Shown here piece after piece: positions 22,517 to 35,000 of a DNA stretch of 64,000 bases. The DNA comes from Eledone cirrhosa (Eukaryota): NCBI GenBank assembly GCA_964016885.1, contig OZ024741.1, forward strand, positions 46,810,001 through 46,874,000, given 5' to 3'. Below the pieces are notes generated by a model. The model had not been told where the DNA came from. It did no database searches and worked only from the letters and a program-made list of their open reading frames with translations. A program made the translations under genes and the position numbers. Position 1 is the first letter of the stretch, and every line of letters starts with the position of its first letter.

Positions 22517-25500
22517 ACCAAACCAGGATCCCAATGCTCCCGAAGTTCCATTCGAGCCGTTGACCAAATGGTTCTTCTGTCTCTTCTGGAATACAATGCC
22601 TCGGGTGAGACAAGGGGTGGCAGTGACCCTATTTAGTGGCGGGTCATGCTCGCCACGTCACCTTTATGTTGCGGACATCTGTGGCTTTTTATAGGGAGAA
22701 CGCTCGCCCACCTCGTCCTTAGGCACTGCCGCCAAACTTTTCGCTGGTTTAGGAGTGATCTTAGACCACCCAGCTGGCACCACGGGGAGGTAGTTCGGCA
22801 TGCCAGCGACCAAGCAAAGGCGTATGAACTGGTCTACTGGTCATCGTCTCCCAATGGGTGCGACTCCCTGATCTCACTCAGACTTTTTAGTCAAAGGCTC
22901 CGGGTGGGGTCCCCTAAGTAAACCTCCTACTTCAGCCTAGGCAACCGCATAGTATTACGCCTTCTGGAGAGGGAAACTCCGACATCAAGCCTACAGCCCG
23001 AGGACCTCGCTGTCACCGTCCCAGCTCGCTAGACCATGGCAGATGAACCTCGGGCTTAAAGGGTGGGGCCAGTTTGCGCGCACTGCACTTCACCTTAAAA
23101 CTCCTCAGCGCAGGCCGAAGTCCACGTTCTATGACCAACCATTCTAAAAGCCCTGCAGTGATGGGAAAGGGGCGAAAGCGGCAGGTGGAAGATGTCACTG
23201 GAAGCCGTTGTCTCGATCTTACATGTAGGCGGCTCAGAACTTTGGTCACCTGGTTGTCGACCCGGAGGCGACGACACCACTCGGCAGCATCCTGAGCGAC
23301 CAGGCAGCCCTATCTAGGGTGAGCACTGCCTGCTCCATATGGAGAGGGGCGGTAGAAAAGGTTCGCCTAAACAAAGCTCGTCTCCTCTACACCCAGTTGG
23401 CTAGCCGTGGTCAACGGGCATCTTCAGAGCGGTCAAACAAACATGGAAACAAAACTAAAGAAAAGTAAGCAGGACTTGAAAGTTATCTGCTGGAATGTCA
23501 GGGCTATGCATGACAAGGCTGACAGCAGCCGCCCGGAATGTCGTTCGGCTCTCATAGTCCATGAACTCTCCCGCCTCAACATCGACATAGCAGCTCTCAG
23601 CGAGGTCCGCTTCGCTGACGAGAGCAACCTCAAAGAATGCTGCGCAGGCTACACCCTTTTCTGGTCTGGGAAACCATCATCTGGAAGAGGTCTTCCGAGT
23701 GTAGGACTCATGGAAAGGTATTCCATCGCCTCCAATCTGGAAACGTTACCCACGGGCCGCATCATATCCATGCGCCTACCACTGGAGAGCAAACAACATC
23801 TCACGCTCTTCAGTGTCTATGCTCCAACGCTACTGGCAGATCCTGCGGACAAAGACAGCTTCTATTCTGATCTGCGCAGACTCTTGAACAGCACCCCTGC
23901 AAACGACAAGGTCCTAATCCTTGGCGACTTCAATGCATGAGTTGGGAGGGACTCTGAGGCCTTGGAAGGAGTCTTTGGTGGCTGTAACGACAACGGGCGC
24001 CTCCTGCTCGAGTTCTGCACAGAGCACCAACTTGCCATTACCAACACAATCTTCCAACAGAATGACCGCCTGAAAACAACTTGGATGCATACTCGGTCCA
24101 AACATTGGCATCTATTTCACTATGTGCTGAAAGATGTTCTACACACGAGAGTGATGCCCAGTGCAGAGTGCCTCACTGACCATAGCCTCGTCCACTGCAA
24201 GCTCAAACTGCAGTTCAAACCCAAACCCAAGAAGAAAGGTAACCCCGTAAAGAAACTCAACGTCGGCAGCCTGTGCCAGGAAGAAGTGAAAGCCAAGTTC
24301 CAAGCAGACCTGCAGCAAAAACTAGAGTAATCCCCTTGCACTGATGACCCCACCCCAGACACCTTGTGGGAGAACCTGAAATCAGCCATCCTTAAGACAT
24401 CTGAGGAAGTTCTTGGGCACACAAAAAAGAAAAACAAGGACTGGTTTGATGAAAATGACAAGGAAATCCAGGACTTACTAGCAAAGAAGAGGGCAGTTCA
24501 ACAGGCCCATCTTGCACAACCAACCTGTCCTGTAAAGAAAGATACCTTTCGACGCGCATGCAGCACCCTACAGCGCAAACTCAGAGAAATACAGAACGAG
24601 TGGTGGGACCACCTGGTGTGGAGAACCCAGCCGTGCGCTGACCTCGGAGACTATAGGGGCTTCTATGAGGCTCTGAAAGCAGTGTATGGCCCCACCAATC
24701 CAGAGTCCCCTGCACAGTTCAGATGGAGAGGCTCTCCTCACCGATAAACCTCCATCCTCGCTCGCTGGTCCGCTTCTTCAGTGCTGACCGCACCTACAGG
24801 ATGCTGCCATCCATCGCATTCCTCAACTTCCACTCAAAGAGGAGCTCGACGAACCACCTACCCTCGAAGAGACGACTGAAGCCATAGAACAACTCAAGAG
24901 TCGCAAAGCAGCAGGAGTTGACAGCATCGCACCAGAAATCTGGAATTTGGAGGTCCGACGCTCCACAACAAGCTACACGATTTTCTTGTTTGCTGTTGGG
25001 AGCAGGATAAGCTGCCACATGATCTTCGCGCGCCGTCATCATAACCCTGTACAAGAACAAGGGTGAAAAGTCTGACTGCTCCAAATACCGGGGAATCACC
25101 CTACTCTCCATTGCTGGCAAAGTACTTGCCAGGATCCTGCTCAACAGGCTCGTACCAACCATCACTGAAGAAAACCTCCCCGAGAGCCAGTGTGGCTTCA
25201 GAGCCTACAGAGGCACGATGGACATGGTGTTCATCCTCCGCCAACTCCAGGAGAAGTGCCGAGAACAAAACAAGGGACTCTATGCTGCTTTTGTCGACCT
25301 CACAAAAGCATTTGACACAGTGAGCAGGACAGGACTATGGCTCATCCTGGAACGACTTGGCTGTCCCACCAAGTTTCTACAGATGGTGATCCAGCTGCAC
25401 GAGAACCAGCGTGGCCAGATCAAACTCAACGGTGACCTGTCGGAGCCCTTCCCCATCTCCAACGGCGTGAAGCAGGGTTGTGTCTTGGCTCCGACTCTCT

Positions 25501-26612
25501 TCAGCATGATGCTCAAGCAGGCAACTGAGGATCTGGATGATGGGGATGGGGTGTATGTCAGGTACAGTATGGATGGCAGCCTCTTCAATCTACGGCACCT
25601 CCAAGACCCAGGAGAGGCTGATCTGAGACCTTCTCTTCACGGACGACGCTGCCCTCGTCGCCCACACAGAGCGAGCTCTGCAGCGCATCACGTCCTGCTT
25701 TGCAGACGCCTCACGGCTCTTTGGCCTGGAGGTTAGCCTCAAGAAGACGGAGGTTCTTCACCAGCCTGCCCCCCAAGAAGAATACCACCCACCCTACATC
25801 ACTATCTGCGATACCGAACTAAAATCAACACAGCAGTCCACATACCTGGGCTGCATCATCTCATCCGATGCAAGGATCGACAAAGAAATTGACAACAGAC
25901 TCTCTAAGGCAAATAACTCCTTTGGCAGATTGTACAAACGTGTTTGGCAAAACAAAAACCTGAAGAACAAGACAAGGATCAGCGTCTAAAGGGCCGTGGT
26001 TCTCACCACTCTCCTCTATGGCTCGGAGACCTGGGTCACTTACCGCAGTCACATCCGTCTCCTCGAGCGCTTCCACCAGCGATGTCTCTGCACCATCCTC
26101 AACATTCGCTGGAGTGACTTCGTTACAAACGTTGAAGTTCTGGAGCAGGCCGAGATCCCGAGCATTGAAGCCATGCTATTGAAGTACCACCTCCGATGGG
26201 CAGGGCATGTCTCCAGAATGGAGAACCATCGCCTTCCTAAGATTGCCCTGTTTGGCGAACTCTCCACCGGCCACGGAGAGAGAGGAGCCCCGAAGAAACG
26301 CTACAAAGACTGTCTCAAAAAGTCTCTCACCGCATGTCATGTTGACCACCAATGTTGGTCAGACCTGGCTGCGGGCCGTGATGCTTGGCGCCACACGATC
26401 TTCAACGCGGTCAGCAAGTTTGAGGAAGACAGAAGAGATGAGCAAAAAGACAAGAGATGCAGAAGGAAGGTCCGAGCCGCCTCTGATACCACACCGGACA
26501 TTACCTTCATCTGTGGACATTGTTCACGGACCTGCCTTTCCTGCATCGGACTTGTCAGTCATGAGCGTGCCTGCAGACGACGTGGACAACCTTCCTAATC
26601 TTCGTTCGCGAA
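22517..26612 (+). mobile_element. Near full-length decayed RTE-BovB-like LINE (5'UTR, AP endonuclease, RT, C-terminal C2H2)
   Basis: WNVR, IAALSEVR, SVYAPT, GDFNA, TDH, FVDLTKAFD, GVKQGCVLAP, LRWAGHV and CGHCSR..C...H across several frameshifted ORFs. Confidence 0.93.
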
Positions 26613-26614
26613 GA

Positions 26615-29600
26615 AAAATCTTAAATTCAAGAGAAACCCTTACAGAGGACAAGAGCACCTTGTAAATCTCAAGAATACGATTTTAAACCTTAATTCCTCA
26701 AAAAATGTTTTAGTCCACCCCGACAAAACAAATAATTTATATGGTATATCTAAGGATAACTATAATAACCTTATCCTTAAAGAACTAAGGAAGAAATATC
26801 GCAAAACTAACCATGATAATTTAGAATCCATAAACTTTGAAGCTTCTGAGATTATGTCAAAACTTGGCATCGAAAAAAAGACCGAACCATTCCTCCCAAG
26901 AACTCTGAGGTTAAATCTCAAGGATCACAAAAACAACTTTCGTACTGAACTACCTGTTAGACTAATCGCCCCCTCTAAATCAGATCTGGGGGTTGTTAGC
27001 AAAGCCATCTTGGATAGAATTATCCCACAGGTTCGTTCTAATTGCTCTACTTCTAACTTAAATTTATGGTTTGGTACATCTGAAGTAATTGGCTGGTTCA
27101 ACAACTTGAATAAGAAAAACAAACAAAAATTTATTCAATTTGATATTGCCAGCTTCTATTTCGCCCTCACTTCTCAACAATGCTCTATCTTTCGCTTATA
27201 AATATTCAGACATCACCACAGATGAACTTCACATCATTCTCACCGCACGTAAAACCATCTTAGAATTCAACAATGAATACTGGATAAGAGCTGATACCTC
27301 CAACAACTTTGACATTACAATGGGTGCATCCGATTCATCCCAATTGACTGATTTAATTGGTATCTTTATTTTGAACTCTTTGAATCAGAAAATTCCTCAA
27401 CTTCGCGGTGGAATTTATCGGGACGATGGACTTTTTACTATCTTAAATTGCAACATAGTTAACCTGAACATTATTAAGAACAATATACATGATCTCTTTA
27501 ACCAACATAACTTAAAAATTGAATTTGATAACGTCAAACTAGCTAACTTCTTGGATATATCCCTTAATCTTGAGACTTACCATAAAAACAATGAGAATCT
27601 AAATTATGTTAATTTTAAATCTAACCACCCCATTAACATTAAAAATGCTATAGTTAGTAATATTGGAAAAAGAATATCAAACCTATCATCTAATAAAAAA
27701 TATCTTTGATGCTAATGCCAATTACTATAATAACGCGCGTTCTAAAGCCGGTTATCCTGATAAAATCAAATACAGTAAAGAAACCAATCCTAGAAGATCT
27801 TACAGTAAAATAATTAATTATGATCATTCCAATAACTTTAATAAAAGACTTAGATACAAAAATATAATCTGGTATAATGCTCCTTTCTCCATTTCTATTA
27901 ATAATAATATTCCTAAATTATTCTTTAGTGCCTTAAATAAATGCTTCCCTCCCTCACATATCTATAGTAAAATATTTAACAAACATACAATAACATTTTC
28001 CTATTCCAGCTCTTCCAACATTATCTCTAAACACAACAATAAAATATTAAATACTAAATCACTTCCTTCCAGCACTGAATGTCATAATAATAGCAGTAGT
28101 ACTCCCGTCATTGTTAACTCTAGGCTAGTTTCTGCAAACCCAAATACGACGTCAAACGTAACTTCGTCAAATGTTCTTAATACCAATCTAAATCAGGAAA
28201 CTATTATTCCTATCGTAAATAACTTCTCCAATCCAATTCCTCCTATAGATAACACTAGGTCACTTGTTAATAACTCTGTTAATTTCTCTAATCGCAATTG
28301 TAATTGCCCTGTTAAAAATAAATGTCCTCTCAACAACCATTGTCTTGAAAAAAACTTAATCTATGAATGTAAAGTTATAACTGACACCAATTCCTTTACC
28401 TATTTTGGCTCCACTTCCACTTCCTTTAAAGCCCGTTTTTATAATCACAATTCTTTTAAATACCAACTTAAAAGAACCAACACAGCACTCTCAGAACTCA
28501 TATGGTCCTTGAAAGACAAAAATATTAACTATAACATCTCTTGGAGGAAAGTTTGTTCTGCCTCTCCCTACTTGAATGCCTCCCTATCCAGAACATGTAA
28601 TCTTTGTTTATGTGAGAAATTTACCATTATATCTAATTTAGATTCTATAATAAATAGACGCATTGACTTATTTTCTCTCTGCTTGCATAAATTCCACAGA
28701 ACATTCCATAAAGTATACAGCTAATATCTAATACTTTACCAGTTTAAAATCCTTTTTCTCAAAGGCTTATATATATATTTCTTTAAAAATATACCCATCT
28801 TTCTACCTTATTTCAATGTTATTTATTATACATTATATAATACTAGTTACTCATTCTATATCATTCCTATTTATCACTTTCCCTTTCTTCCTCTTTTCTT
28901 TTAATTTCTAACCTCTAATCTGTACTTTTTCTTCCTAAATACTTCTCAATTCTTATTATTACTCACCACAATATATCCACTTTTCCTTCTTCCTTCATAT
29001 CATTGGCCATAAAACTTATTACCTTTTAAATACTTATTATTACCTTTAAAAATCCTTCGTAAACATAAACATTTTTTGACGTTAGATTATTCCTCCTCAG
29101 TTCATTATATTTTTCTCCCTTTCATGCTCGTCTAACTTTTACATATTACATATCACAATACATAAAAACAAACTTAAACCCTAACTAATCTCCTTTATTA
29201 CATTATATTATTACCATTAGGAAATACTTCATAAACATATATATTTTGATGTTAGAGTCTTCTCTTCCTTAAACACTATTTTCTTCTTTGCTTTCTGCGC
29301 TCATTTGTAAACAAACTATTTACATATATTACACATACATATTACATTACATAAAAACAAACTTAAACACTAACTAATTCCTCTAAATTCATAATTCATC
29401 CACTCTTCTACTTCTTTTCACATTATATCCTTAATAACATTAATATTTTTATTTTAATAATACATATTAACAATTTCTTTTCATCGCACATATTAAACCC
29501 TTCAATATACAAACCTTAATTTAATATTATTCTTAATACATATTAACAATTTCTTTTCATCGCACATATTATTAAACCCTTCAATATACAAACCTTAATT

Positions 29601-30147
29601 TAATATTATTCTTAATTTTTTTGTCTTCATCAATTTTCAAATTCTTTTAAATTATATATTATCTTCCAACAGCTTTTTAACTTCTCTCTGTGAAACAATA
29701 TATATTTTTCTCAGTTATAAAGGCTATCTCTCTCTTTCTATCACCCATCTCTCCTCCTATCTCATCCTTCCTTATTATACTCCTCCCCCACCATTCTTTA
29801 CTCTCATCTCCTCCTCTTTTTCATCCTTTCCACCCCCCCCCCCCCTCATTTTTTTTTCCCAATATCACACATCAATCTTAAATTACTTTTCATATGTTGA
29901 TTTAAAACTGCACTATTCACAAGTGTTTTTTAACCTTCATATCATATCTCCCTATTTTATCTGACGAAAACGCAAATGTCATCTCATGATGATATTTGTT
30001 TTTGAAATGCGCATAATAAAATACATGGAACTCTTTTAACCATCTTTTGATCTTATATTATTTATACTCCAGTCCTACAAACTGTAGAGTGCTACTTATC
30101 CGATATCTGCATTGCTTTATTGTACTTCAATAAAACTCACCTCCTAC

Positions 30148-30150
<3 letters not shown>
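26615..30150 (+). mobile_element. Naiad-type Penelope-like element: RT (YRDD), Zn-finger linker, GIY-YIG endonuclease, long 3'UTR and pLTR
   Basis: FDITMGASD, GIYRDDG, FLDI, WYNAPFS, CNC...CPL...CL, YFGSTSTSFKARFYNH, CNLCLCEK. Hammerhead at 29953. Confidence 0.9.
29953..30023 (+). ncRNA. Minimal type I hammerhead ribozyme
   Basis: tattttat-CTGACGA-(long stem II)-GAAA-tgcgca-TA-ataaaata. Stem III (ATGCGCAT) is palindromic. Confidence 0.85.
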
Positions 30151-30190
<40 letters not shown>

Positions 30191-30204
30191 CATGCATATA
30201 TATA

Positions 30205-30350
30205 TATCTGCTGGAGCAGACCTATAGGGAGGAGGAGAGTAACATGGTGGTGGAACAGTAAGGTGGAGGAGTCAATCAAGGCCAAGAAGCAAGCTTGGAA
30301 AGTATGGCGGGATGGGGGAATTAGAGAACACTATCAAATGGCGAGAGGGA
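30205..30350 (+). mobile_element. Short RTE fragment, related to the 15.4-18.2 kb family
   Basis: RRVTWWWNSKVEESIKAKKQAWKVW matches RRVTWWWNNKVDEAVKAKRQAWKEW. Confidence 0.75.
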
Positions 30351-32010
30351 AGCTAGGTTATCTAGACAGAATTAAATACACTAATGAAACCAATCATGGC
30401 AGAACTTATAGTAATATAGCTAGTTATAAGCATTCCAATAGCATAAAGAGGAGACCTAGATATAAAAATATTATTTGGTACAGCGCTCCTTTTTCTCTTT
30501 CTATTATTAGTAATATTCCTAAATTATTTTTTAGGGGGTTAGATAATTGCTTCCCTCCTTCACATATTTATAGTAAGATCTTTAATAAGCATACAATTAA
30601 ATTCTCTTATTCCACCACTTCCAACATTTCTAACATAATACTAAAATATTAAATAATAAATCATATCCATCCAACCCTGAGCGTCATAGTAATAACACTA
30701 TAAGGCCCGACGTCAATGTAAACTCTAGACAAAATAACTTAAATATAAATATGTCAAACGTAATTTCGATGAATGCTCCTAATACTAATCTAAATCAGGA
30801 AACATTAGCACCTCTTTTAGGTAATTTCTCCACTACAATTCCTTCTATAAATAATTCTGGGCCACTTGCAAATAACTTTGTTAACGTTAATCGTAAATGC
30901 AATTGCCCTAATAGAACTAAATGTACTCTTAATAATTACTGTCTCGATAAAAACTTTAGTAAATAAATGTAAGGTGACAACTCGTACCAATTCTTATACC
31001 TACATTGGCTCTACTTCTACTTCCTTTAAGGCAAGATTATATAACCATTCTTCATCTTTTAAATACCCACATAAAAGAACAAACACTGCACTCTCAGAAC
31101 TCATCTGGTCCTTAAAAGACAAAAATATTAATTACAAAATTTCTTGGCGTAAAATTTGCAATGCTTCCTCATATTCCAATGCTTCCTTATCTAGAACTTG
31201 TAATTTATGTCTAGCGGAAAAATTTACCATTATCTCTAATTTTAACTCTATAATAAATAGACGCACAGATTTATTTTCGCTTTGCATCCATAAATCGCTT
31301 AGGTCATTTCACTGGGTATACAGCTATTATCTTACTACATAATTAAGATTAAAAACTTTTTCTCACACATTTATATCTCTTTTTACACATATACCCCCTT
31401 TTTTCTCGCATATTTCAGTACATTCTACAAAGTTCATTCATACTATGACGTTTTTGGTCCCCTAATTCTTTAATTTTTGAATTTTTTGAATTTTTTAATT
31501 CACTATAGCAAACTCCTTTATCTTCTTGGGCATACAAATTTCTTTTAAATAGTTCATCTCTATATCATTTCTTCTGAATATTACCTTTTTAAGCCGCTAT
31601 ATTTCCCAATTTTTTACTTCAAATCTATTAATATTAGCATTAGGTGAATTTTGTAAACAAATTTTGACGTAATTTTTTCTTCCTCGTATTTCTTTTCTTT
31701 CTTCTCTCTTTCCATGCTTGTCTTGGCTTAAATAATTCCTTTTTCTATTACAATCTATTTAAACAAACTAGGACCCTATATCATCTTCTAAGCTTATAAA
31801 TCATTTAATTTTATTTTTATTCACCTTATCTTATTTTACTTTATTTTATCTTAATAATACATTTTAATAAAATTTTTCGCACATCTTAATAAATCCTTCA
31901 TTATATAAACCCTAAATAAATAGTATACTTAATTTCTATATCTGTAATCATAAACATCATCATTCATAAACTTCATCAATTTTTAATTTTTTAATTTATT
32001 TATAAATTTA
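30351..32010 (+). mobile_element. Naiad-type PLE 3' fragment (GIY-YIG + 3'UTR)
   Basis: Paralogous to 27750-29650. YIGSTSTSFKARLYNH, CNLCLAEK. Confidence 0.85.
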
Positions 32011-32012
32011 CA

Positions 32013-35000
32013 TCACCAAACACAAAATGCTACAGCAACTGCAGCCGCGCGAGCTGCTGAGAATGGGGTACAACGTTTACGTCGCCAACCACAAAATGCC
32101 ACAGCAACTGCAGCCGTACGAGTTGCTGAGAATGGGGTACAACGTTTACGTCGCCAAACATGGGATGCCACAGCAACTGCAGCCGTACGAGTTGCTGAGA
32201 ATGGGGTACAACGTTTACGTCGCCAACCACAAAATGCCACAGCAACTGCAGCCGTACGAGTTGCTGAGAATGGGGTACAACGTTTACGTCGCCAAACATG
32301 GGATGCCACAGCAACTGCAGCCGTACGAGTTGCTGAGAATGGAGTACAACGCAAAAATCGTCTGAACAGAAATGCTGCGGCAACATCAGCTGTACGAGCT
32401 AATGAGAATGACGAACGCCAATTTCGCCAAACCAGAGATGTTTCCGCAACTGCAGCCGCACGAGCTGTTGTGACCGATGAACAACGTGAAATTCGCCTTG
32501 CAAGTGGTGCTGCAGCAACGGCAGCTGCTCGATATGCAGAGAATGAGCAACAAGGTGAACTTCTTCAAAACAGAGATGCTGATGCTACTGCTGCGGGACG
32601 GATTTTCGAGGCCGCCCCTAACCAAACCGCCCAGTCGGGGGGTATTGTTCACCGCAGAGCAAATGTACAGGGTATTTCAAGACCTTCCCACTCACGATGG
32701 TCATTGAAGGCATTTAATTATGACCCATTAGAAAACTATTCAAACCATCCTGATATTGCAATCGGCAGCATGTCCACCACTTGGCAATTTTGTAGGACCA
32801 AAAAATGGTCAGCAGAACCTGCAGCAATGTGCTGCTCCAATGGTAAAGTACACTTGCCCCCTCTTCAGGATCCGCCACAACCATTGCAGCTTCTTCTTAC
32901 CGGAACTATGTCGGAGTCACGAGGCTTTCTTCGTCACATCCGTCAATACAATTGCGCCTTCCAGATGACCTCTTTCGGAGCGCAGCGCATCACGGAGGCT
33001 GGATTTATGCCTACTTTCAAGGTTCAGGGGCAGGTGTACCATCTTATTGGACCACTGCATCCTTTGGAAAATGAGGAACCCCGATTTCTTCAAGTATACT
33101 TCATTGCAAACTTCCACCAACAAGCTACCCAGCGACACACCATTACCAACGATACTGATTTGGATATCCTACTTCAACTTCAAGACATACTTCAGAAGAA
33201 CAGCTATGTCAGGAGCTTCAAATGTGCTTTGGAATCAGCGCCTTTGGATGACTTTAACATTATCATTAATGCTAACAAGAAACCGTCAGGGGAACATGCC
33301 GGCCGCTATAATGCACCCTCGTGCAATGAAATAGCCATTGTCCTGCACGGTGACCAGAACAACAAAAGGGACATTGTCATCAAACACCGAGACAACTCCC
33401 TGCAGTGCATCAGTGAGACACATAAATCCTACGATGCACTCCAGTATCGACTGCTCTTTGTGAATGGTGAAGATGGATACCATTTTGGCATTCCGCAACG
33501 TACGGCTAACAATCAGGCTGAGCACCCGACCAAAAGTTTCCTGTATGGACTTCTACGCATTCCGCTTCATGATCTGAGAATCCTCCCTCAATCACCTTCA
33601 CCGTTCACAAGATCTCTTCAACCAATTCGCTGTTGACATGTGTGCAAAGATGGAGTCGGAAAGGTTGTGTTTCATCAGACTGAATCAAAAACAGCTTCGT
33701 TGTGACAGTTACATCCACCTCCGTGATGGAATCAACAGTGATGCAGATCCGGGAAGCCTAGGTCAAGTGTGCATACTGCCCTCATCTTTCACCGGGAGCC
33801 CCAGATATATACATGAAAGAACACAGGACGCCATGACATATGTACGGCATTATGGCAGGCCGGATTTATTTATTACTTTTACTTGCAACCCCAAGTGGCC
33901 GGAGATCGAGAATGAACTTTTTCCTGGTCAAAAGGCCAAAAACAGGCATGATCTCACAGGAAGAGTATTTAGGCTTCGATTAATTAAACCCATGTACCTT
34001 ATTAAAACAGGACATGTATTTGGACCTACAAAGTGTGACATGTATACAATTGAATGGCAAAAAGGAGGTCTGCCACATGCACACATCTTGATTTGGTTAA
34101 CGGCAAAGATTACATCTAATGACATTGACAGAATTATATCGGCAGAGTTTCCCAACCCATCAACTGATAGGGAACTCTACATTCAGGTTAAGACACACAT
34201 GGTGCATGGTCCGTGTGGGCGTGGCTTCAATTTGTCCTCCCCATGTATGAAGGACAATGGGTGCTCCAAAAGATACCCCAGAAAGTTCATTATCGAAACC
34301 CAGACCGGTCATGATGGGTATCCATCATACCGAAGAAGAAGTCCTGAGGATGGGGGGTTTACTGCAAAGGTTGGTAACTTCGAGGTGGACAACAGATGGA
34401 TTGTACCTTACTGTCCATTCCTCCTTAAGACATTCAATGCCCATATCAATGTTGAGTTCTGCAATTCCATTAAGTCCAAGTATGTCTTCAAGTATGTCAA
34501 CAAGGGCTTAGATGCTGTTATGTTCGCCTTTCATAATGAATCCTCCCGCGATGAAGTTATGCACTATCAGGTGGGGCGATACATCAGCAGCAACGAGGCC
34601 TTCTGGCGGATTATTGGTTTTCCCATACATCAGAGGCATCCTCCAATTGAAAAGCTTGCAGTTCACCTTGAGAATGGGCAACGTGCTTATTTTAACAATA
34701 ACAATGCTTTTCAACTTGCAGATGAGCCGCAGGAAACAACACTCACAGCGTTATTTAGGCTCTGCCAGCAAGACCAGTTTGCTCGAATGCTGCTATATCC
34801 ACAGGTTCCACCAGGAACAAAAAATCATGGACACGGAGAAAGGCAGGCCAGCATGTTGATGGACACCCCGGCAGTTTATATGGTTCATCCCAACCAGCAC
34901 GAGTGCTTCTACCTGCTCCTGCTTTTACATGAGGTTAGAGGGCCTACAAGTTTCCTCAGCCTCAGAACTGTTGATGGCCAATTATGCACTACATACAGGG

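Noticed and set aside
22152-22636. Several 90-150 aa ORFs on both strands
   Set aside because: Artefacts of the (TA)n/(TACA)n microsatellite.
32013-32400. Regular repeat array resembling a CRISPR
   Set aside because: Contiguous 69-nt coding repeats without unique spacers, in eukaryotic Helitron context with no cas genes.
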